Assembly (NCBI RefSeq): GCF_006345805.1
Contig: NC_043002.1
Span: 120,218,001-120,282,000 of the forward strand
Direction: 5' to 3'
Source: Octopus sinensis
Taxonomy: Eukaryota
DNA length: 64,000 nt
The notes below the pieces were generated by a model. The model had not been told where the DNA came from. It worked only from the letters and a program-made list of their open reading frames with translations, and ran no database searches. Of this stretch, positions 41,880-54,265 are shown in pieces. Every line of letters begins with the position of its first letter. Positions within the stretch are counted from its first letter, which is position 1. The position numbers were made by a program, and so were the translations under genes.

Positions 41880-42160
41880 GCTGATGTTAGGATACCTTTG
41901 GCAATGTTGTGCCCCCACCCACGCAGCACGGGGGAGAGAAAAATCAATAACTACATAGGCCTGACCCGCTGCTATCAGTTTGTGCCAGTCGCTGTCGAGA
42001 CGTCAGAACTTCTCGAACTCCGTACTACTGATTTACTCAGCAAAATCGGGATAATTTAAGCCCGTTTGAGAAATGAACCTCGCGAGGTGGAGAGTCGCTG
42101 TCGATTCTCCGCGACAACGCCATTCCGGTCATTATCGTGAGGCGCGCTGGGTACACAATT
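41880..42160 (+). pseudogene. CRE-like non-LTR retrotransposon 3' (RLE) fragment
   Basis: YIGLTRCYQFVPVAVETS..LLSKIG and ILRDNA match the YxFxPxAxETxG and QRGNA motifs. Confidence 0.55.
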
Positions 42161-43417
42161 TGTTCTGGGGTATGTCATCCAGCGTCTCTCCTCCTCCCCA
42201 ATCTTCTGCTTACTCGCCCCCATTTTTTCGTCCTTTTCTTTTTTATCTTTTTCTTTTATCTTTCTATCTATTTAAATGTTATGATTTGAAATGTGTTCTG
42301 TTGTTTAAGTGATTGTAGAAACAAAGCTTTTATTAAGTGGACCCGCCTTTCTTCTAACAAGGAAAATAAAAACAGACGATTGTTCTCCGTTGGATGCATT
42401 GACAGAAATAATACATTGAAAGACGAGAACTTTTCGCTTTCCAATATGACCACTTGGGAGAATAGCTCTATTGATAGAGTTTGTACGCACGGGTGTGTGT
42501 ATGTGTTAGTGTGTACGTCTGAGTATTGCATAGGCATGCCTCTCTGTGTGTGTGCCTTTGTATGTGAGTGTGCAGGATGGCTGCGTGGTTGTGCGCAAAA
42601 GTACAAGCGGGGGCTAAAGTACAAGAAGCTATTTCCGTTAAAATACACCAATTTATAAACATATTTCATTTCAAATGTTGCTACTTCACACTACATAAAA
42701 TGCTGTATAAATTCAATATCCAGCATGTCCAATTTTAATGACTCAACTATTTCCGTGCGTGTAATTATGTAAGTTTTAACTGTTATGAATTATGCTTTTA
42801 TTTTTAAATATTTTAAAATACATCATACAACTCCATTACCACTTCCCGTCTTCTACTTTACCCAGTTCTTATTGACGATCTATAATTCTATTTCATGTAC
42901 CGTCTCGTCGAACTTGTTATTTATTATATTAACTCATTATGATCAGATTCTTGTAGACGCGTCTCCATTCTGTAATATAATAGCTCCATTGTTAAGAATC
43001 TAACGGCGACAGCAATCTGCACAAGACTTATTTTCTTTATCTTTTTGTCATTCTAAATATTTTATCTGGTCAAATATTTTCCAAATCATATTTCTTCAAC
43101 AAAACACGAGACTTTCTTCTGATACTCAATGTAACTTTAATAGAAGTTTCATTACCTATCAGAACTATTAATCTTATAGATTTTTGTTTTCATTTCATAT
43201 TTCTGCATTAATCATAAATACGGCTATTATCAATAATTAACTCTTAGAACTTTCTTCCCATTTACTCTTCAATAATGTGAAAGTATTACATATATAAATA
43301 TAGATACAAACACACACACACAAAAATGTTTCCCTACATATATATGTATATGTATGTTTATTTGTGTGTAAATATATGTATATACGTGTATATACATACA
43401 TACATGCATATATATAT

Positions 43418-43452
<35 letters not shown>

Positions 43453-43671
43453 TTGACTGGCTAGTTTGCTTGTTTTATATATATATATATATATATATCT
43501 GTATATATATATATATGTGTATGTGTGTGTGTGTGTGTGCGTGTGTGTGTGTGTATGTTGTAGATATATATATATACATACATTTGGTTAGATAGTTTGC
43601 TTGTCATATATATAAATATATGCCCATATGTATAGGTAATAGTGTGTGTATGTATATATGTAGCATGTGTA

Positions 43672-44846
43672 TAAGTAAACGGATAATATATATTTGTGTT
43701 TGAAACAGAACCGGTTAAATACAGACAAGTTGATAAATAATCATCTTTCTCATTCAACATAGCTTGCAGACTGTAATTTTCTTCATCTTTATATCTCTCT
43801 CTCCCTCACTCTCTGTCTCTATCTCTGTCTCTGTCTGTCTGTCTCTCTCTCTCTCCCTCTTTCTCTCAGTCGTCCTTTATTTATTTCTCTTTTTGTTTCC
43901 CCCAATTCTCTCTATATCTATCTTTATATCTCTCTCTTTCTATCTCCTTGTTTTCGGCGATACATACAGAGATCGATAAATGTCATATACGGGAATAGCA
44001 GTGCTTTTCAGAAATTTGCTTGAAAAATATATCATTCCCGGTTCGACTCTATTTTAGTGTCTTCCATAATAGCCGCAAGATTACCAATACTTTTCAATGA
44101 AATTCATGTGCAAAAACTGTGCAGATTCGCAGCCGTATATGCACCTATGTATATATGAGTGAGCATATATGTGTTTTACTGTACATCAGTAGGGAATATA
44201 TATCAACAAAATCTGGTGTCCTTTGACTCAAGTCTACAACATTACACAACTCCCCACTTCTGTTCTTAGAATTTCGCTTAAAGTATGATTCGTGGACGGA
44301 AAAAATCTAAGATTCTGGAAAAAAACTGAGAAAAGCTTACATGGAAAAACTGAGAAAAGTAAATGTGTAAATAAATTATGTTATATAAATAATGTGAATA
44401 CAAATTCTGTAGACGATATGCAGTAAGATATATAAGATGCCTACATATATAGATATATGTATATACGACGCGAATCCGCACAGTTTTTGGAAGCAAATGA
44501 TATTGGTCATCTTGCAGCTATTATGGAAGATACTGAAATAGAATTGAACTGAGAGTAGTATGTTTTGCGAGCAAATTCCTGAAAAGCACTGATATTCCTA
44601 CATATGACATATATCGATCTCTGTATGTACCACCACAAAGAAAAAGAAAGTTTGTGGGAGGAGAGAGATACGTAAATAGAAGGTGAAAGACAGAGAGATA
44701 AACATAGAGAGAGAGAGAGAGAGAGAGAAACAGATGTGAAGATAGAGGAAAACACAGACCACTTGCTATGACAAGCGAGAGAGATGATTTATCAACTTGT
44801 CTGTATTTAACTATTTCCGTTACAAACGCACATATTACATGTTTAC
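43672..44846. mobile_element. Old foldback/MITE-like element with ~500-bp imperfect inverted arms
   Basis: 43714-43738 pairs perfectly with 44787-44811; 43963-43978 with 44612-44627; 44060-44073 with 44517-44530. The CT and AG microsatellites are mirrored too. Confidence 0.75.
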
Positions 44847-45276
44847 ATATATTTATTGAATGCTTAGTTTTTTAGAAAAAATGATATTACTTAAGGGATT
44901 TAGTATATGTACTCTAAACAGCCTAAAATTATAATACGGATGAGTATAGCATTTGTAAGATATAAACAAACGTGCAACGACACTGGGTGTAATAAATTTT
45001 ATTTCTGAAAATTTCTTAAAGAGAGTTGTATGTTAAAAAGAAATGGGTTCACTCCGAACGAAGCTGGATTGCTATGCGATGTACTTCAACATCATTTCAT
45101 TTCCCCGGGGGTGAATATCCCAAAATTTCTCAGTTAAACCACATACAAACACACACACACACTACAGGTACGTTTTACCAACAGGTCTTCGAGGGCAAAG
45201 AAAAACACTTTTTGAGTATTGATTTATATATATATATATATATATCTATACAATATGTTACATTACTCGGTAGTCA

Positions 45277-45339
45277 AGATAAAACTCTGAGTTTCAGATG
45301 CCGAAGTGGAAATCCACAACACCATCTCTTCGGTTATCT
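45277..45339 (-). ncRNA. Mirror hammerhead in the left PLE arm
   Basis: Exact reverse complement of 47974-48036. Confidence 0.7.
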
Positions 45340-45531
45340 GGCTATTTGAAAACGTTATGAAAAAATACCGTTAAAAATGAAGGGAAATTACTCTGTTATA
45401 ACTCTGCTTTGCCTGCGTACTTATACATCGCTCGCATTTTTCGTCATAAAAATTATATAAAATTACATAAAAATATATAAAAATATAAAAATATATAAAT
45501 TCTTCTTGGGACATAACACAGAAAGCATGTT

Positions 45532-46664
45532 CTATCCGTTTTCCTTAGGGGACCAAAAACGTAACAGAAATTTAGTCACATGTGGGCATGATCCGAAAAG
45601 CTCTGTCCTTGTATTTAGACATGTGGTAGGGTCTAAGCTGCTTTTCCAGATAAGCCATCTCTCCATGTCGCATAAACCGCACCTTCCGCTGCCGTTAGTA
45701 TAGGGCTTACATCTGGCCAAAATCTTCCATTGTATGTTATAATCGACACCTTTATCTCTTAAAGACCAAATATGATTGGATAATTGTGTCGCTTTTCTTT
45801 TGTTCCAGTGCCTAAAGCTCAAAGTGTGGTTATTGAACCTGGCCTTGAAATTACCCTCTGTCAGGCCCACGTATTTCTTCGTCGAAACGGTGTCTTTAGT
45901 GGTTATAGAGTTACGGTAGCTTCATATATGATGGTCTTGGACATGCAAGCTCCATTTAGCGGGCACAATTCTTTATTCCTGCATGAACAGCTGTTTTCTT
46001 CTTGTGTTTTTTGTATGTTATGATTGATTATGTTTTTAAAATTGGTAGTTGAACTAAAACTAATTTTTAAATTGTGTCTATTAAAGAGTTTCCTATAAGC
46101 ATGGTTAACTGGAAAATGTCTATCTATCAGTGCTAGGAAATATTTACCTATATTGAAGGCCACCTCGGGTGAGTAAGGGGGCGTAAACCAGATGACCTTC
46201 CTATTTCTATTATTCCTTTTCCTTATTGTTGGGCTGGTGATAGGTGTATATTTTATTTTTTCGCTAAAACCACTATCTTTTAAAGCTTTATTATAAACTG
46301 GGGCAACGCTATTGAAGATGTCCTCATTAGATGAGAGGCTAGAAATCCTCTTACTAATATTTTTAACTAAATTTTTGAATACTATAGGGGGATGGCATGA
46401 ACCTACATTAATATAACTTAGTCTATCATTGGGCTTCCTATAAGGCTTATAAATATTATTATTAAGATCTAAGGAAACGTCTAAGAAATTGACAACCGTC
46501 AGGTTAGTGTCTATAGTTATACTAAGTCCGAAGTGTTTCATTAACTGGATAATATCCTTCCTAAAACGATCTTGTGCTGGTCCATTTGTATTAGCTGTTA
46601 AGGCGAGGGCATCATCTTTGTAGATGGCGAAATGTACGTTAGGGAATGTCTTACCGTAAGACAT
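45532..46664 (-). pseudogene. Mirror copy of the truncated PLE ORF, frameshifted
   Basis: Protein identical to the + copy but split into ORFs 45903-46664 and 45532-45870 by a 1-nt deletion near 45911 (GTAACTC vs GTAAACTC). Confidence 0.88.
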
Positions 46665-47779
46665 TCCCTAACGTACATTTCGCCATCTACAAAGATGATG
46701 CCCTCGCCTTAACAGCTAATACAAATGGACCAGCACAAGATCGTTTTAGGAAGGATATTATCCAGTTAATGAAACACTTCGGACTTAGTATAACTATAGA
46801 CACTAACCTGACGGTTGTCAATTTCTTAGACGTTTCCTTAGATCTTAATAATAATATTTATAAGCCTTATAGGAAGCCCAATGATAGACTAAGTTATATT
46901 AATGTAGGTTCATGCCATCCCCCTATAGTATTCAAAAATTTAGTTAAAAATATTAGTAAGAGGATTTCTAGCCTCTCATCTAATGAGGACATCTTCAATA
47001 GCGTTGCCCCAGTTTATAATAAAGCTTTAAAAGATAGTGGTTTTAGCGAAAAAATAAAATATACACCTATCACCAGCCCAACAATAAGGAAAAGGAATAA
47101 TAGAAATAGGAAGGTCATCTGGTTTACGCCCCCTTACTCACCCGAGGTGGCCTTCAATATAGGTAAATATTTCCTAGCACTGATAGATAGACATTTTCCA
47201 GTTAACCATGCTTATAGGAAACTCTTTAATAGACACAATTTAAAAATTAGTTTTAGTTCAACTACCAATTTTAAAAACATAATCAATCATAACATACAAA
47301 AAACACAAGAAGAAAACAGCTGTTCATGCAGGAATAAAGAATTGTGCCCGCTAAATGGAGCTTGCATGTCCAAGACCATCATATATGAAGCTACCGTAAA
47401 CTCTATAACCACTAAAGACACCGTTTCGACGAAGAAATACGTGGGCCTGACAGAGGGTAATTTCAAGGCCAGGTTCAATAACCACACTTTGAGCTTTAGG
47501 CACTGGAACAAAAGAAAAGCGACACAATTATCCAATCATATTTGGTCTTTAAGAGATAAAGGTGTCGATTATAACATACAATGGAAGATTTTGGCCAGAT
47601 GTAAGCCCTATACTAACGGCAGCGGAAGGTGCGGTTTATGCGACATGGAGAGATGGCTTATCTGGAAAAGCAGCTTAGACCCTACCACATGTCTAAATAC
47701 AAGGACAGAGCTTTTCGGATCATGCCCACATGTGACTAAATTTCTGTTACGTTTTTGGTCCCCTAAAGAAAACGGATAG
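46646..47779 (+). CDS. Truncated PLE ORF: RT C-terminal part (YKDD), thumb, Cys-rich linker, GIY-YIG endonuclease (377 aa)
   Basis: Motifs AIYKDDALA, FLDVSLDL..YKPYRKPN, CSCRNKELCPLNGAC, IIYEATV..KKYVGLTEGNFKARFNNH, CGLCDMERWLI and ELFGSCPH are typical of Penelope-type RT-GIY-YIG proteins. RT motifs upstream of YxDD are absent. Confidence 0.9.
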   Translation: MSYRKTFPNVHFAIYKDDALALTANTNGPAQDRFRKDIIQLMKHFGLSITIDTNLTVVNFLDVSLDLNNNIYKPYRKPNDRLSYINVGSCHPPIVFKNLVKNISKRISSLSSNEDIFNSVAPVYNKALKDSGFSEKIKYTPITSPTIRKRNNRNRKVIWFTPPYSPEVAFNIGKYFLALIDRHFPVNHAYRKLFNRHNLKISFSSTTNFKNIINHNIQKTQEENSCSCRNKELCPLNGACMSKTIIYEATVNSITTKDTVSTKKYVGLTEGNFKARFNNHTLSFRHWNKRKATQLSNHIWSLRDKGVDYNIQWKILARCKPYTNGSGRCGLCDMERWLIWKSSLDPTTCLNTRTELFGSCPHVTKFLLRFWSPKENG

Positions 47780-47973
47780 AACATGCTTTCTGTGTTATGT
47801 CCCAAGAAGATTTTATATATTTTTATATATTTTTATATATTTTTATGTATTTTTATATAATTTTTATGACGAAAAATGCGAGCGATGTATAAGTACGCAG
47901 GCAAAGCAGAGTTATAACAGAGTAATTTCCCTTCATTTTTAACGGTATTTTTTCATAACGTTTTCAAATAGCC

Positions 47974-48036
47974 AGATAACCGAAGAGATGGTGTTGTGGA
48001 TTTCCACTTCGGCATCTGAAACTCAGAGTTTTATCT
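47974..48036 (+). ncRNA. Type-I hammerhead ribozyme (U4C core variant) in the PLE 3' region
   Basis: Stem I AGATAA/TTATCT, core CCGAAGA, stem II GATG..GTGG-ATTT-CCAC..CATC, GAAA, stem III ACTCAGAGT, predicted site GUU after 48030. Confidence 0.7.
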
Positions 48037-48132
48037 TGACTACCGAGTAATGTAACATATTGTATAGATAAATTTCCTCTATTTACATAATATTGAGGTC
48101 TCTTTCTTTCTTTTGTTATCTTACCGTTTTAT

Positions 48133-48171
<39 letters not shown>

Positions 48172-51100
48172 ATCCAAACATGAGGAAGTGGAACAAGTAT
48201 AGTGTTACTGGACGCTCAGGAAAGGAAACATATACATATGTGTGTATCTGTCTGTGTGCTTGTGTGTGTCGACTTTGCCTTTCATCCTTTTGGGGTCGAT
48301 TAAATAAGTACCAGTTACGCACTGGGGTCGATATAATCGACTTAATCCGTTTGTCTGTCCTTGTTTGCCCTCTCTATGTTTCGCCCCTTGTGGGTAGTAA
48401 AGAAATAGGTATTTCGCCCGTCGCTACGTTCTGAGTTCAAATTCCACCGGGGTCGATTTTACCTTCCATCCTTTCGATGGTCAATCAATTAAGTACCAGT
48501 TGCGTACTGGGACGATATAATTGACTACATCGTAAGATGCTTTAAAAACTTTTAAACTGTCATATACATTATATATTTATACTTATACATATTTACATAT
48601 GTTCTTATATATATTTCTATTTTTAATACAGCAATTATTTTGCACACGTATTCTTTCCGAAGAATTTTCTAATATTAATAATAATATATTATAAAATATA
48701 TATTATGAACATTATGAAAATGAGTATATAAAGAAATTATTTACGGAATTCTAAATATTGGTGAGAGTTGTGCAAAGGAAATATAGTATTTACTAAAATA
48801 CCATTATTACCAACATGTGGAATATTAGAACTTGATTACTGAATTATCAAAATTAAAAGAGTAATGTCGTTAAAAGAGATTGATTACAAAATTACCAATA
48901 TTTCCAAGACTCACGAAACTAATACCGATTACTAAATTATCAACATTAAAAAGTTAAAATAGATTATTTACCAATTATCAACATTATCAAGACTTGTCTA
49001 GTTTATTTGGGAAACGTAAACAGAACTATAATGCTGAATACTACGATTAGTTAATAAGCTTAATATATATATTTTGGCATATTAATGAGACGAGTAAATA
49101 CTCATGTAATCGTTGCAGATAACATAAATAATTTATCATTCGTTCATTTGGAAAACTGGGTGGGTTTGTATGTGTATATCTTCTAAGTTATGAACTGTGG
49201 TTGTGATTCCTGAGTTCATGTCATCGGTTTCCAGAACAATACAGAACACAACGTAGACAGTCAGGTAACCGTATCTGTGTTAGACTAGTGCTCCATTGAT
49301 GGACCAATTCATCTCTTATCTACAAAGCATTATACTCCAAAGTTCATGAAAGAAAATGCATTGACTTGGGTAAATACATTGGATTCCAACTAAGAATTTC
49401 AACGTTTTATGGACTATAATAATTGATACTGTTCATAAATCGAAACACTCCAGTAAAATGTACTTAGTGTATTCTTTCCCTTTTTGAGCCGTTATTGATA
49501 AACCTATGATACAACACCACCTTCATGTGTATATATTTTTCAATAAATATATGGAGATGGATATTAACATAAATAAATATAGTTTATGTAAAAGTAGAAT
49601 ATGATTGCTTGAAATATCACTTTTTAATGTGAATTCTCGAAAGAAAAGAATGAGGAGGGGATGCGTTGATCGACCTGCTAGGAAGTGACAACAGTATTTG
49701 ACTACCATAGTAAAGAATCAATGCATCCCTTCCCTCAACAATCGATAATCAACAAATGTTTATCTTTCCCGTCGAAGATCTGTTGGTAAAACATAAAGTG
49801 AGGTCGGACGGAGAAAGCGATAATTGTGTGAATACATCTACCAATGAATGTGCAATAAACTAAATAAATATCAGATATATTAGATTGTTATCTGTACGTC
49901 GTATACAGCGGAGTCGGAGTGGGTGATGAAATTTGGGGCGAAAACTTGAAGTTATAAACAAAATAGAAACGAAAATGTAACAAAAAAGAAAACTGATCGA
50001 CAAATTATGTATCAATTTTGAAATAATATGATTACATTTGAACTGAAGGGTGACAAAGGAAATATTCACTAAGAGAGAAACAAATGATGTTTAAGCTTAG
50101 TTTATATGATTCGATTTTCTGATATATGCAGATCGGCGCCATGTTGCTTGCCCAATCAGACCATTAGCAATTCCAGTTGTTTTCCTTAATGCTATTTGTT
50201 TAGATTTTGGTAGTGACCTCAACATAGACCTGCTTGATATGAAATCATTAATTTATTTACAATTAAGTTCCTTTTTGCCGGTAGTAGTGAGAAAGAAGGG
50301 ATACGTACAAGAGCTTCGGATTCGTAGCTATATAAGAAAAGAAAGCAAGCAATTTTTTGTTTGTCTACATGGTTTATTTAGCAATATTACCTTACAGTAT
50401 AAACCTATTAGGGATTGCTAATAAATCTCTAGTATATGATCTTGGTATATTACATTAAGTACGTAATGCATTAGAATCCGAGGATGGGAATATGAAAAAG
50501 AAATTGAAAAATTACAATTCAGCAGGAATACAGATGCTACAATACATCAAGCCAATGATACAACGGGCGAACAGCTGCTGATCACTCGAACTTCTAGATG
50601 TTGCAGATATTTCGTTAAAGAAAACGCAAGTTAGTGTGTCATATACTTGGAAGCATTGTTAGATTTGAAGCATTGTGTCCATCTTTACGTTCTGAGTTCA
50701 AATTCCATCGAGATTGACTTTATCTTTCGGGGGGGGGGGTCCATATAATAAATACCAGTTGTGTATTGTGGTCGATTTATTCGACTTACCCCTAAAATTG
50801 TTAGCCTTGTGCCAAAATTTGAAACCAGTGTTACCTTTATTGCATGTATAGTGAAGACACACTGTTTCGTGAAGGCATCAGTTTAGGGTACAGTGTGGTG
50901 GGAAATGAAGACCCTTCCACTAATAAACTGTAACTGCAGTCTAATACGTTTCGACTAATTATATATAGTGATATATGATTATGTGATACGTAAGGAATCT
51001 CATACGTGTTCACGTTTATTTATGAGGTAAAATGTTCGAGTTTAAGGTACTCTAGTATGCATTTACCTGTTCTGAGAGACAGTGTATAAGTTGAGGGATA

Positions 51101-51349
51101 ACTGACTCTTATTTCTAAAAGATAAGGCAAGTCTGAAGAGACTCAGTCATTGATTTCGGTATGTTTATGAAGAAAAGGATATTTAGTTTTCTATTCCCAC
51201 GAGGCATCTAACGTTAATACATACTACCTCATGAAAAATGATGTGCGTTAAACTAGTATCCGATCTATGGATTTGTGTGATATCTTTGAGTTTCATATAT
51301 GGAAGAACAAAAGGCAACTAAAACTTCTGAACTTTTCACTTATCAAACA

Positions 51350-51900
<551 letters not shown>

Positions 51901-52151
51901 CCGAGAGAGAGAGACAGAGAGACAGAGGGAGTGAATTGTTTTGCAATGATCGAAAAGGGAGAGAAAGTTTCCTGCATATATACATGTGCGTCTATTTGTT
52001 ATTCTATATTGAATTATACTGTTATGCAGGAACAGAAATACCTACATATTCCAACATATCAAATTATATCATTATAAGAAATTCATAGGAGTTCCATTCA
52101 AGAAATAAAGGGTGAGATGTTATTCAGTGATGGGAAAATATATATGAGTGC

Positions 52152-52191
<40 letters not shown>

Positions 52192-52237
52192 TATATGTAT
52201 ATGTATATGTATATGTATATATATATATATATAATAT

Positions 52238-52296
<59 letters not shown>

Positions 52297-52319
52297 ATAT
52301 ATATAATATATATATATAT

Positions 52320-52396
<77 letters not shown>

Positions 52397-52973
52397 CGTG
52401 TATGTATGTATGTATGTATGTATGTATGTATGTATGTATGTGTGTGTATGTATGAATGTATATATGCATACAAGCACGTTCGCATACATATGCATACATG
52501 AGCATATTCACGCACTTACGCACGCTCATGGAAGCACATGTACACATCTAAATCTAAAACAAGAGTAAACACCCAATTAAATGTAAAATAATACTGTTTA
52601 TCGATTATATTTTGGTGGTGTATATGGATTGTGATAGATGCTGTTCAAGTTTTCACTTTCGTATTATCATAATCAGAAACACTCATGAGCTAATACATAT
52701 TTCTGCGAGTGTCTCTGTGTTTCTGTGCATGTATGTTTGTTTCTGTGTGTGTGCATGTATTTGTGTGTATGTGTCTGTGTGTCTGTGACTATGTATTTGT
52801 AGGTGTGAGCAAGCGTGTTTGTACCAAACAGTACCAAAGATATATATTTTTTTTATTCCCACAAGATACATTCCTAAATACATTACATATAAAAAGTAGT
52901 TGATGTATGTATATGTATATGTACATATATATAGATGTATATATTATATATATGTATATACATATATATATAT

Positions 52974-53016
<43 letters not shown>

Positions 53017-53572
53017 ACATACATATATATGTATATATATTCATGCATACACATACACACATATATATATAGGACATATTTTAAACAATTTAATAAGCGA
53101 TCGCATAATCAATATAATGTGTAGGCCACGTTTTATAGTGGATGTATCATACAACGACGCATACATATAAACACATATAATAAAGATCATAAATATACGT
53201 GTGTATGTGTATGTGTGTGCGTGTTTGTATGTGCCGTCGCGCGTGTGTATGTGTGTTATTACAAGGCCTATGGTTTAAGTGTAGGAAGTTTGTAAGCTTC
53301 GAGGAAGATTCCATAGTAGGTATAAAAAACAACGTTCAGGAACAAAAATAATTATTGTTGAAGATTGCAGGCTTATATTTCTTACGCTTACTGACGTGAG
53401 TTATTATGAATGCGAATAAAAATGCGTCACTTAGCGGTTCGGCAAAAGAGACCGATAGAATAAGTACTGGGCTTACAAAGAATAAGTCCCGGGGTCGATT
53501 TGCTCGACTAAAGGCGGTGCTCCAGCATCGCCGCAGTCAAATGACTGAAACAAATAAAAGAGTAAAAGAGAG

Positions 53573-53615
<43 letters not shown>

Positions 53616-53617
<2 letters not shown>

Positions 53618-54223
53618 GTTTGATCGTTGATGATCTATTTCTAGCATACGGCCGACTACCTAGCAGTCTTGCCCTGCCAATATACACATATATTAGAATT
53701 TTCCCTGATTTCTCAGATTTTTTGTATGCTAGACTACTGGTTTTAAATTGATGTTAAAATTAATATTAATTTATCTCCCTCATTATTTAAATATTGAAAT
53801 AAATACGTTCTCTAGTAGCAAGCACTAACCGCAGTGAATTATTTACTGCAGTTCTTCGCTTCAGGAATTTTTTAGCGCGCCGGAACTAAGACATTTGAAA
53901 TTTTATCCTTAATGTAATCGGTAAAACTAAACACGTGTCTGTTTTGGCACAGAAAGCTGGGGTTAGTTTTCCAAATTGCATTTACACTGAACGATTGTAC
54001 TGATGAGGCCACGGACATTTGAATTATGTAAGTCATTCATTTGTTAAAGGCCGAAACCGAGGTATGCCATTAATTCTGTTTTTTACATAAATTTTCATCT
54101 GTCCTGCCCGCCAAATTTGGTTCTGGTGTTCGCTGAATTTTTCCTCTAGAGAACTTTCTTTGTAGTTTGATCGTTGATGATCTATTTCTAGCATACGGCC
54201 GACTACCTAGCAATCTTGCCCTG

Positions 54224-54231
<8 letters not shown>
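53616..54231 (+). mobile_element. Retrozyme/pLTR-like element with 69-bp direct terminal repeats and a canonical hammerhead
   Basis: 53616-53684 matches 54163-54231 (1 mismatch), period 547. Flanked by (TA)n. Confidence 0.75.
53994..54070 (+). ncRNA. Type-I hammerhead, canonical core
   Basis: Stem I ATTGTA/TGCCAT (5 of 6 pairs), core CTGATGA, stem II GGCC/GGCC extended by GACA/TGTT and TGAAT/ATTCA, GAAA, stem III ACCGAGGT, site GUA after 54064. Confidence 0.8.

Positions 54232-54265
<34 letters not shown>

Larger units (their letters stand above)
45243..48133. mobile_element. Penelope-like element: head-to-head inverted duplication (2.8-kb palindrome) of a 5'-truncated copy
   Basis: Arms 45243-46654 and 46656-48070 are reverse complements around a single C at 46655. 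I found only about 3 substitutions and 2 small indels by eye. The right arm has an extra 63-nt tail to 48133. Both outer ends abut (TA)n. Confidence 0.93.

Noticed and set aside
42418-42462. DENFSLSNMTTWENS, resembling nAChR exon 3
   Set aside because: No AG acceptor or GT donor; the properly flanked 45-bp exon is at 58152-58196.
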